Shown here piece by piece: positions 1 to 8,631 of a stretch of DNA of 64,000 bases; the first letter of the stretch is position 1, and the number at the start of each line of letters is the position of its first letter. The position numbers were made by a program, and so were the translations under genes. The notes under the pieces are model-generated. The model did no database searches. It saw nothing but the letters and a program-made list of their open reading frames with translations, and had not been told where the DNA came from. The DNA is from a virus (taxonomy: Duplodnaviria; Caudoviricetes), in the IMG/VR virus record IMGVR_UViG_3300044694_000083, positions 1 to 64,000 of that record; one strand, written 5' to 3'.

Positions 1-33
1 CCGCTTTTTTATCACCCATTTTAGGAGGGGACC

Positions 34-366
34 ATGGCACGAGTAATTTGCACTCTTCCGAACGCGTCGGAAGAGATCAGCGGCGTGAAGTTCGAGCGGC
101 ACGAGATGGGCGTTATTTCGGAGAACGTCTCCGACGAGCAGGCGGCGAACTTCGCCTCCATCAAGGGTTACGTCCTGGCGGACGACGACGGCAACCCGAT
201 CGCCGGCGACGAGGGCGATGCCAGCACTGCCGGTGCTGACGACATGGAAGCGCTGCGCGCACGCGCGACCGAGCTCGGTATCGACGTCAAGGGCAACTGG
301 AAGGCACAGCGCTTGAGGGCCGAAATCAAGCGCGCCGAGGACGCTGTCGCCAACAAGGCGCAGTAA
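34..366 (+). CDS. Phage protein following major capsid gene; C-terminal HeH/LEM-like helical domain
   Basis: AGGAGG RBS; C-terminal 'LRARATELGIDVKGNWKAQRLRAEI'; flanked by terminators. Confidence 0.55.
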   Translation: MARVICTLPNASEEISGVKFERHEMGVISENVSDEQAANFASIKGYVLADDDGNPIAGDEGDASTAGADDMEALRARATELGIDVKGNWKAQRLRAEIKRAEDAVANKAQ

Positions 367-390
367 TCCTCCGAGGCAACCGCAGCACCG

Positions 391-417
391 AAAGCCCGCT
401 CCCGTAGCGGGCTTTTT
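391..417 (+). terminator. Rho-independent terminator
   Basis: AAAGCCCGCT-cccgt-AGCGGGCTTTTT. Confidence 0.85.
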
Positions 418-433
418 GTCGTGACGGCATGAT
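418..433 (+). promoter_or_regulatory. Phage promoter motif GTCGTGAC-NN-[-10]
   Basis: GTCGTGAC GG CATGAT; motif recurs upstream of structural, lysis and terminase operons. Confidence 0.7.
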
Positions 434-470
434 GGAGCGAACTGCTCAAACTTTCTTCAAGGGATCAATC

Positions 471-875
471 ATGTGGGCTCACTCGGATGTGCTGGACAAC
501 GGCCTGACTTACCTGAAAACCAGCGCGATCAAGCAACTGCTGATCAGCTCCTATACCAACGGCGACACGTACGCGACCGTTCTGGCGAACAAGATGGCAG
601 AGGTTTCGATTGCGCCGTCCGAGTGGGTGATCGCCAATGGCGGCAACGGCGCGCGCCAGGTGACGTCGCCGGCCGGGAAGGTTGCGGCGGCCACCGTCGG
701 CGCCTCCGGCCCTGTCCCGCCGGCGACCAAGATCGACCTGTTCTGGGCCTTCACCGACGGCACCAGCAAAGTCCTGTGGGTCACCAACGCGACCAGCGAC
801 ACTGCGATCGTCGTCGGCACCAGCTACACCTTCCCAGCCCTCACCTACACGTCCAACCAGCCGCAGCTGGCGTAA
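471..875 (+). CDS. Small beta-rich virion protein, putative fibre subunit
   Basis: 134 aa from ATG 471 (AAGGGA RBS); beta-rich; first gene of the fibre module. Confidence 0.55.
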   Translation: MWAHSDVLDNGLTYLKTSAIKQLLISSYTNGDTYATVLANKMAEVSIAPSEWVIANGGNGARQVTSPAGKVAAATVGASGPVPPATKIDLFWAFTDGTSKVLWVTNATSDTAIVVGTSYTFPALTYTSNQPQLA

Positions 876-887
876 TAAGGAGCAGCG

Positions 888-3686
888 ATGCCTGTCTTGA
901 GTTCTGCTCTGAAGTCGCTGCTGAATTCGGCGTCGACGAAGCTCGATTGGGCCAATACGGTAAAGGCTGCCCTTGGCCCGAACCGCCGCCTGCGCTGCTT
1001 CCGTGATCCAAATTCCGCCGCGGTCAATCCGGCGTCGACCGGCGTCGAGTTCCTGAATATCGCCGTTACCGGTGAAATCGGCACCAGCTCCGGCAACATT
1101 ACAAATTTCGGCGTGACCGGCGCCGCGACCGTGCGCCAGGCTGCGGACCTTTCGACTGGCGCCTGCGTGCTGGTGCTGGAAGGCGGCGGACACTCGATCA
1201 CGTACACCCTTGGGCTGACTGGTTCCGGGAAAGAGATGACGCTCCCGTCGAGCCCGACCGGCTTGCCTACCGAGGGCTATGCGTTCTCGCCTACGGCCGG
1301 CACCAAGGCGCCGAAAATGCTGGCTTCCGGCACCGGCCCGAAGGCGCCTCCGATCAGGTCCACGACGCCGACCATCATCGAGCTGGTGGACTACATTAAC
1401 GAAGATGCTCCGGTCGTGGTCGGCATCGCCACCTATCAGGAGGCAAACCGCCAAGAGGACTGGGTATTCCAGAATGCCGAGATGGCGGCTGAAATCGGGG
1501 ATGTGGCCGTTTACCAGTTGGACGATACGATCAAGTGGACCACGCCGATTGCGGCTCGTCGGTTTGAGCTGGGTGGCCTGCTGCTGATTGCAGCGAACTA
1601 CAACAGCCAGGACGGCGTCACGCAGCTCGAACAGATGATGCTGTCGTTTAAACCGTACGGTCGATGGACCACGTATCCGGCTATGGATACATTCGTCAAG
1701 TCCAGCTGGGATGTGAATGGTGTATGCACCAATCCTCTCGAAGCAGACCGCACTGTATTGCCAGCGTTCAAGATCAACCTGTACACGGTAGATGGTTACA
1801 AGAACGGTGCGTCTGACCGTACGCCGGTGTTTACCCACGAGTGGAAAGCGTTCAACGATAAGCCTACGGTTCCGATCAATTCGTCGAAACTGTCGGAGAT
1901 CCAGACGGCGACCGAACCTGCAATGCCGCGTTTCAATTGCGCACAGATTCTTCCTTGGCAAAATATTCGGACTCGCCTCTCTTCTAAAGCTGGTAAATAT
2001 TTCGCTGGGGTCGAGTCATACGCGTATTCCCATAACGTCTTTGGGGCGACTGGAGGAGGCAGTGCAAACGCTTACTATCCGCTGTCTGTCTATGAAAGCT
2101 CGCTGGGAACAGCAGGCCAGCAAATCGATGCTACGGCGCATTGGCTGACATTGCCGCCGTATCCACTTAAGGATGACAGGGCACTAGACAGCACTTATCT
2201 GTCCGCCTACGAATCGCGACCGCGCGACGCGCGTCTGTTCACTAACCGTGACCACTATCCTGCTTACCGGTCGATGGGGTTCAAGTATCAAGCCGGCGGC
2301 GTCGGTGGCCACGACTGGATTACCGGCAAGGGCGGACAGCGGTTTGACCGATCGCCATCGCCTTCGGTACTGGCCATCCTGGCTTCCGATCAAAACTGGG
2401 TTCGTCCTGAAGGTAATGTCCCAATTCGTGATCTGGCCGAAGAATGGGGGCTGAATTACTTTAATCATAGTAACCACTGGATACGTAACGTCAAAACCTT
2501 CGAATCCATGCCAAAGGATGACATGTTGGCAGGCAAATGGGTTTTCATCGGTTCTTACTATGGCAACGACCCTGCACTGCTTACGTCGCCCGGGCGGTCT
2601 TACTGTATCGACATCGTAGGTATCAAGAACGGGGAGAGCCGCAGGAAGACCAGTAACGATCCCGAGGGCTTTATGTATTACTCGGGATGGCAGCGTGACA
2701 GTCTGCACAGCTACGCGAATGCTGCGTGGTGGGCTATCATGCTGAATAGCCCCATGCATGCGCTCATCGCCAAACATGACTTCGATACGCAGTGGATGTG
2801 TTCTCTGGGTGGATCTCGCCCTAACTATAATCCGTTGGGCTTCTATACTGTTCGTGAGCATGCATGGCGTATGCTTGCGTACGTCATGGCCTGGAAAGTC
2901 GCCACTGAGCATCCTCTCGGTTATTCAAAGGAAGATATCGAATCGCGTTTGCAAATCGAGCTCGAGCTGCTTTACGATGTTGTTTACAAACCCGCCTTCA
3001 TTGACAATGCACAGACAGTGTATTCCGCGGCGATCCGGAATCTGGGTTGTGGCGCAATAGCATCTGGCACAAGTTACCAGAGTGCCGGCGGTTCTCTCGG
3101 TCTGTACATGGTTCATACGCTGGTCGCCATGCGTCAATTCGGCATGTTCGCAGCAATGCGCGCGCGTAGTTACAAGTGCCGTGACGCTCTGGATATGATG
3201 ATCCGCAATCTTGACAAGTTCGTCATCGATTACGTCATGGATACGGACATGCGCGATGCTTACTACCCAGCTGTGGCAATGGGAAAGAACGATATCAGCT
3301 TGTACACGGCAGCCGATGTGCCGGCTGACTGGGTGGCCCAAAGCCAAATGGTGGATACGTATGTTCCACCCCTCCCGCCCGATACGTCGGCCAATGCTGC
3401 CGCCAATGCGAATCAAACGCAGCAGTTCAAAGGCTTCTTCACAACCTACAACGACCGTGCACAAGAACACTTCGGCTGTCCTCACTTGTACATGCAGTAT
3501 CTGAAGGCACGTCGTGATTACTTCCCGGATTACCCGGCTCCGCGCCTCGCTGCCGCAATTGAAAAATTGCAAGGTTATTACGATGATTACCTTGTAAAAC
3601 GTTCTGCCGGCATGGCCTACACAATGTCTTATCTGTACGCGTCGCATGGCCCGTTGCTGCCGCCCAGCGAAGTCGGTCCCAAGTAA
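888..3686 (+). CDS. Large putative virion protein: N-terminal fibre-unit-like domain plus aromatic-rich putative carbohydrate-active domain
   Basis: 932 aa, AAGGAG RBS; Y/W-rich helical C-terminal region; visibly lower GC than neighbours. Confidence 0.45.
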   Translation: MPVLSSALKSLLNSASTKLDWANTVKAALGPNRRLRCFRDPNSAAVNPASTGVEFLNIAVTGEIGTSSGNITNFGVTGAATVRQAADLSTGACVLVLEGGGHSITYTLGLTGSGKEMTLPSSPTGLPTEGYAFSPTAGTKAPKMLASGTGPKAPPIRSTTPTIIELVDYINEDAPVVVGIATYQEANRQEDWVFQNAEMAAEIGDVAVYQLDDTIKWTTPIAARRFELGGLLLIAANYNSQDGVTQLEQMMLSFKPYGRWTTYPAMDTFVKSSWDVNGVCTNPLEADRTVLPAFKINLYTVDGYKNGASDRTPVFTHEWKAFNDKPTVPINSSKLSEIQTATEPAMPRFNCAQILPWQNIRTRLSSKAGKYFAGVESYAYSHNVFGATGGGSANAYYPLSVYESSLGTAGQQIDATAHWLTLPPYPLKDDRALDSTYLSAYESRPRDARLFTNRDHYPAYRSMGFKYQAGGVGGHDWITGKGGQRFDRSPSPSVLAILASDQNWVRPEGNVPIRDLAEEWGLNYFNHSNHWIRNVKTFESMPKDDMLAGKWVFIGSYYGNDPALLTSPGRSYCIDIVGIKNGESRRKTSNDPEGFMYYSGWQRDSLHSYANAAWWAIMLNSPMHALIAKHDFDTQWMCSLGGSRPNYNPLGFYTVREHAWRMLAYVMAWKVATEHPLGYSKEDIESRLQIELELLYDVVYKPAFIDNAQTVYSAAIRNLGCGAIASGTSYQSAGGSLGLYMVHTLVAMRQFGMFAAMRARSYKCRDALDMMIRNLDKFVIDYVMDTDMRDAYYPAVAMGKNDISLYTAADVPADWVAQSQMVDTYVPPLPPDTSANAAANANQTQQFKGFFTTYNDRAQEHFGCPHLYMQYLKARRDYFPDYPAPRLAAAIEKLQGYYDDYLVKRSAGMAYTMSYLYASHGPLLPPSEVGPK

Positions 3687-3697
3687 GAGGAACAATT

Positions 3698-4018
3698 ATG
3701 GAATACCAATCCGGGAACATTTTCATTCGCCCGAATCCGCTCGATAAGGGTGACGTGTGCGCTGGTCACAAACACAACTTCGACCATACGACGTTCGTCA
3801 CGCGCGGATCGGTGCACATCGTGACGAGCGATGATAGCGGCGCAGTGCTGTGGGAAAAGACGTTCAAGGCCGGCCAGTGGGTTCTCGTGAAGGCAGAACT
3901 TCTGCACGAGATCACTGGGCTGGAGGACAATTCGGAATTCGTCTGCATTTACTCGCACCGTACGCCGCAGGGCGAGGTGGTGATGGAGTACAACGGCTTC
4001 GAAGACGCTTACTTCTAA
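3698..4018 (+). CDS. Cupin-domain protein
   Basis: GHKHNFDH...G...VKAELLHEI cupin His motifs; GAGG RBS. Confidence 0.7.
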   Translation: MEYQSGNIFIRPNPLDKGDVCAGHKHNFDHTTFVTRGSVHIVTSDDSGAVLWEKTFKAGQWVLVKAELLHEITGLEDNSEFVCIYSHRTPQGEVVMEYNGFEDAYF

Positions 4019-4027
4019 AGGACCGCT

Positions 4028-6973
4028 ATGCAGACCATAACTCTAAAAATTGGCAGCGCCGCTTCTGGCCGAGACTACGCGACAGTCGCGGCGGCATGGG
4101 CGTCGACCCCCAGTGACTGGGTGGCGGCCGACGTATCGTACGTTTTTGAGTTGTATAACGACTCGGAGTTCGTGCCGAGTGCGGTATGGAACTTCAACGG
4201 AAAAACGCTCGATGCGACGCATACTCTGGTCATTCGACCGGCGGTCGGCCACGGGTTTAATGACAACCCGAATGTTCTCACGAACGCGCTTCGTTACAAC
4301 CAGGCAAACGGCGTCGCTGTAAAATTCGCCTTCAACTACGCTACGCATATCAGTCTCGGCAACTTCGTTACCATGACTGGCCTGCAAATCAAATCGTCAG
4401 GTGCTGGCGCCATCTCGTCCGTCGGGATTAGCTTCGGGAACACCAGTGCGATACTCGAAAACTGCTTGATTGAAAACGCGGGCAGTAACGCGACCCTTCG
4501 GGTGATCTTCCCTCGGTCTGGCATTGTGCGCAATACGTACGTGATCCTGACCGGAACAACCTCCACTGCCGTGTACTGGTCAACGGGTGGCGCCTCGCCG
4601 ACAATCGAGAACGTCACGGTTGTCCGCCTGTCATCATTGCCTGCAGCGGGCAAGCCAGCGTTTGATGCTGACGGCTCTGGCATGAAGGTCTCAAACTGTG
4701 CCGCGTTCGGATGCTCTGCATTCTCGACGCGCTCCGATTTGATTGGTTCGAACAACGCAAGCGATGGTGCGATTTCGTTCGGCACGAACAATAAAACGAA
4801 CCTGGTTTACGCAAACCAGTTCGTGGATACCGTCAACGACTTCAGGGTCAAGGCCGGTTCTGACCTGATTGACGCCGGCACGACGCCGAGCGCCGGCAAC
4901 ACTACCACGATAGGCGGCGTCCGCCAGCAGGGCAGTTCGGCCGATATCGGCGCATGGGAGTACCCATCTGCGGTTCAGGCTCCGCAAGCAACGGTTACTG
5001 GAATTTCGGTAACGGGTCAGACTGTCGTTGTCACTGGCACGACGTCTGGAAATCCGACAAGCGGAACAGCGTCCATTACCCCTGCGGCGGTGCCCTACAA
5101 CTCCGCTGTGGCGCAAAACTCCGTCAACGTCGTCATTTCCTCTGGGACTTTCACGATTACGTTTAACGGGGTACAGGCAGGCCGGTACAACCTCGCGTTC
5201 TCCGTGTCGAATTCGTCGTATAGCGTTCAAGGGTCAAATCCTCTTGGCGTCATCGATGTGGTTGGGCCGCGTGCGCTCAGCCTGATCCAGGATGGCGTCA
5301 CTGACGGCCAGATCCTGACCATTCACGGAACGGTCGAGAATGCGACGTCGGGCTCGGTCATCATTCCGGCGTCGGCGAGCAATCCGAATGTCGCCACCCA
5401 AAATCTGTCGGTGACGGTGGATACGACGGTGACGCCAAATACGTTCACCGTCTCGGCCGCACTTCCTCCCGGCAGCTACGATGCGCCGATCCTGACATTT
5501 ACGGGCCCTGCGGGGACCAGTATGCCGCAATCCGGAACCACCGGCGTTGTTGTCGTGGGGCCACGGGCACTGACTGTGGTTCAGGACCCGATCTCTGGTC
5601 AGGTTCTGACGATCCACGGCACGGTGGAGAAGGCGACCAGCGGCAAGTTGGTTGTGCCGATTGCGGCCACCAACCCTGGCGGCGCAGTCGAACAAACTGC
5701 GGCGGTGACCGTCGACACAAGCGTTACCCCGAACACCTTTACGGTCAGTGTTACCCTGCCGGCTGGCAACTATGGGGTCCCCATCCTGACCTTCTCGAAT
5801 GTAGTAGGGGAGAGTCAGCCTCAAGCCGGCACGTCGGCCGTCTCGATCATGGCGATCAGCGGCAGTCCGGAGGCGCCACCTCAGGATGCCCCCGCAACTG
5901 CCACTGTGACTGGCGTGACCGTTTCGCCGAGTACAGCGACCGGCTCGACCACGTTCACCGCGACGGTGACCGGCACGAATTCGCCGTCACAGCTGGTCAC
6001 CTGGAATGCTACCGCCGGCTCTATCGACATCAACGGCGTATTCACGGCTCCGGCGGCAACGAGCTCTCAGCAGGTGATCACTATCACCGCAACCAGCATC
6101 GCTGACGGGACCAAGTTCGGAACTGCAACCGTGACGATCGCGGCGGCAGTTACTGCAGTTTCCAGTGTTTCCGTTTCCCCATCGTCTGGGGTGCTGATCG
6201 GAGGCCTGGCGACACAGTTCACAGCCACTGTGGTCGGCACCAACTCGCCGCCGCAGAGCGTAACCTGGTCCACGAACCTTGGCACGATCAGTGCCGCCGG
6301 CGTGCTGACTGCGCCGGCCGCGACGAGTGTCGACCAAACCGTCGTGGTGACCGCTACCAGCGTCTTCGACACGAGCAAGTTCGGCACGGCGACCATGACG
6401 ATCGCTGCCGTGGACACTCAGCCGACCGTAACGTCGGTCGACGTGGTGCCGGCATCGGTAACGGTCACCGGGGGCACGTCGAAGCAGTTCTCCGCGACCG
6501 TGTCCGGCGACAATTCTCCGGCTCAGGGTGTGACTTGGTCGGTGGACAAGGGAACAATCAGCGCGGCCGGCCTGTTTAAGGCGCCGGATGCGATTGAGGC
6601 GGTTCAGTTCGTCACTGTGACGGCTGCGAGTGTTCAAGATCCAAGAAAATCCGGAACGGCAATTGTCACTGTCCCGGCCGCGGTTGTTCCTACTGTAAAA
6701 ACGGCAACTATCAATCTCGTACGAGCAGATGGTGTCGCCATTGCTGCAGGCGATACTTTGAAGTTCGCCTGGTTCGATCAGAGCGCGCCAGATCAGTTCA
6801 GCACCCCGACCGACAAAGGCACGGTGGTAATCGGGGCTGGCGGTCTGCTGCAGGTCAGCCTGACCAACACGATGATGACATCGGGGCAGGTAGGCTGGCT
6901 GGTCGTCACGAACAGTGACGGCAATCCGAGCACGGTGCACAAAGCGTTCTCGGGCCCGGTCAAGGTTGACTGA
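4028..6973 (+). CDS. Beta-helix plus Ig-like repeat adhesin/fibre protein
   Basis: N-terminal beta-helix ending DFRVKAGSDLIDAG...DIGAWE; two 98-aa repeats; three Big_2-like repeats. Confidence 0.7.
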   Translation: MQTITLKIGSAASGRDYATVAAAWASTPSDWVAADVSYVFELYNDSEFVPSAVWNFNGKTLDATHTLVIRPAVGHGFNDNPNVLTNALRYNQANGVAVKFAFNYATHISLGNFVTMTGLQIKSSGAGAISSVGISFGNTSAILENCLIENAGSNATLRVIFPRSGIVRNTYVILTGTTSTAVYWSTGGASPTIENVTVVRLSSLPAAGKPAFDADGSGMKVSNCAAFGCSAFSTRSDLIGSNNASDGAISFGTNNKTNLVYANQFVDTVNDFRVKAGSDLIDAGTTPSAGNTTTIGGVRQQGSSADIGAWEYPSAVQAPQATVTGISVTGQTVVVTGTTSGNPTSGTASITPAAVPYNSAVAQNSVNVVISSGTFTITFNGVQAGRYNLAFSVSNSSYSVQGSNPLGVIDVVGPRALSLIQDGVTDGQILTIHGTVENATSGSVIIPASASNPNVATQNLSVTVDTTVTPNTFTVSAALPPGSYDAPILTFTGPAGTSMPQSGTTGVVVVGPRALTVVQDPISGQVLTIHGTVEKATSGKLVVPIAATNPGGAVEQTAAVTVDTSVTPNTFTVSVTLPAGNYGVPILTFSNVVGESQPQAGTSAVSIMAISGSPEAPPQDAPATATVTGVTVSPSTATGSTTFTATVTGTNSPSQLVTWNATAGSIDINGVFTAPAATSSQQVITITATSIADGTKFGTATVTIAAAVTAVSSVSVSPSSGVLIGGLATQFTATVVGTNSPPQSVTWSTNLGTISAAGVLTAPAATSVDQTVVVTATSVFDTSKFGTATMTIAAVDTQPTVTSVDVVPASVTVTGGTSKQFSATVSGDNSPAQGVTWSVDKGTISAAGLFKAPDAIEAVQFVTVTAASVQDPRKSGTAIVTVPAAVVPTVKTATINLVRADGVAIAAGDTLKFAWFDQSAPDQFSTPTDKGTVVIGAGGLLQVSLTNTMMTSGQVGWLVVTNSDGNPSTVHKAFSGPVKVD

Positions 6974-8616
6974 TGGACATCTATAGGGAGCAGCGGCTTG
7001 ATGGTGACGGTGTCTACGATACCCAAGTCTATTTAGGCTCGTCTGTTTCCCCGCGCGTCTATCGGGAACAGCGGCTTGATGGTGATGCCGTCTTTGACGA
7101 GCAGGCGTACGCAGGTTCGCCTGTTGCTCAACGTGTTTACACGTACCAGCGTCTCGACGGGAACGCGGTCTATGACGCTCAGGCGTACGTACAGCAAACG
7201 CCTTCCTCTCGCGTCTATACGTTCCAGCGGCTGGATGATTCGGCTGTATTCTCGGATCAGTTGTATTCTGCCGCACAGGTTTTCACGCTCTCTGGAGTGG
7301 ATTCCTCGCAGGGCAACTATGACACGCCGGGACGCGTCGTTCTGGTGTCGTCTCTGCCGGGCGATGACTCCGTTCAGGGCAACGTAGGCAGCATCGGAGC
7401 GGCGGTTCTCGTCCAGACGCTCTTCGGCGCCGGCGCTGTGCAGGGTAATGCCGACAGCTCCGGTGCGCTCCTGCCCGGGCCTGCGCTGCGGGGTAATGGC
7501 GCCCTGCAGCAGAATGCCGGCAGCGTTGGGTCACTGGCAACTATCCCGCTGATTGCGGCTGGGGCTGCTTCGTTCCAGAGCAACCTCGGTGTCGCTGGTG
7601 CGGTCTCCCGCCCGCAGATGATCAGCGGAGCTGGTGCCGTCCAGGCGAACAGCGGGACTGCTGGCGCTGCATCGAAGCCACAATTGATAGATGGCTTCGG
7701 GGCGGTTCAGGCCAATACTGGCATCGGTGGGGCGGCGGGTTCAGTTCCTGTCCTTGGGGGCACCTGGGCGCTCCAGAGCAATGCAGGGACTGCTGGCGGG
7801 CTCGCAGCTGGACCGTCGATCCGCGGCAGTAGCGCTCTGCAGATGAACGTCGGAGGCACCGGCTCGGTTGGCTCGATCCAGGTGATCGGGGGTGTTGCGT
7901 CAGCGCAGCCGAACGTTGGCAGTGCGGGCGTCGTCTCCCGGCCCAAGCTGATCGATGGTGTCGGGGCGAGCCAGGAAAACAGCGGCGCGAGTGGAGCGCT
8001 CGGCATTATCTGGCCCTTGGGCGGTTCTTCTATCATCCAGCTTAACGATGGCGGCATTGGCGCGATCTCTCCAGGGCCTGCGCTGCGGGGGATGGGATCG
8101 AGCCAGTCGAACACGGATGCCGCTGGATCTGTCATTCGGATCCCGCTGATCGACGGGGCAGGTGCGCTGCAGATGAACGTCGGTAGCGCCGGCGCCGTCT
8201 CGCGACCGGCCCTGATAGCAGGAGCTGGCGCGACCCAATTTAATGTGGGTTCTGCCGGGGCGGTATCCAAACCGAAGTTGATTGGTGGCTACAGCGCAGT
8301 TCAGTTCAACTTTGGCAGCGGAGGTGTAATCACTATCCCGCCGACGATCCGGGGTGATGGGACCTACCAGCACAATATCGGCAACGACGGCGCTTTGACT
8401 GGGGTGCAGCTGCTGGACGGCCTGTCTGGTATGCAGGTCAATGTGGGATCCAGCGGGCCAATCGTCATCGTGAAATTGCTCGTCGGAGACGGGTCGGTAC
8501 AGGAGAATTTCTCAGTCGCCGGCGCATTGGCGAAAGCTCGAATCCACGTGCCTCCGGCCATGCGGGTTTTTGAGCCGCATAGCGAGGCCGTCGATGTCTA
8601 TCAGGCTTGGGACTAA
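6973..8616 (+). CDS. Tandem-repeat rod protein (4 x 26 aa plus 19 x ~22 aa repeats)
   Basis: Repeats read directly from the translation; TGATG coupling to the upstream gene. Confidence 0.7.
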   Translation: MDIYREQRLDGDGVYDTQVYLGSSVSPRVYREQRLDGDAVFDEQAYAGSPVAQRVYTYQRLDGNAVYDAQAYVQQTPSSRVYTFQRLDDSAVFSDQLYSAAQVFTLSGVDSSQGNYDTPGRVVLVSSLPGDDSVQGNVGSIGAAVLVQTLFGAGAVQGNADSSGALLPGPALRGNGALQQNAGSVGSLATIPLIAAGAASFQSNLGVAGAVSRPQMISGAGAVQANSGTAGAASKPQLIDGFGAVQANTGIGGAAGSVPVLGGTWALQSNAGTAGGLAAGPSIRGSSALQMNVGGTGSVGSIQVIGGVASAQPNVGSAGVVSRPKLIDGVGASQENSGASGALGIIWPLGGSSIIQLNDGGIGAISPGPALRGMGSSQSNTDAAGSVIRIPLIDGAGALQMNVGSAGAVSRPALIAGAGATQFNVGSAGAVSKPKLIGGYSAVQFNFGSGGVITIPPTIRGDGTYQHNIGNDGALTGVQLLDGLSGMQVNVGSSGPIVIVKLLVGDGSVQENFSVAGALAKARIHVPPAMRVFEPHSEAVDVYQAWD

Positions 8617-8631
8617 TTTTCGGGGATTTGC

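Noticed and set aside
465-1961. 498-aa minus-strand ORF
   Set aside because: Antisense shadow of plus-strand genes in GC-rich DNA; Arg-rich with no motifs.
6979-7290. CRISPR-like array (78-nt period)
   Set aside because: Repeats are degenerate, in-frame and conserved at the protein level; no cas genes.
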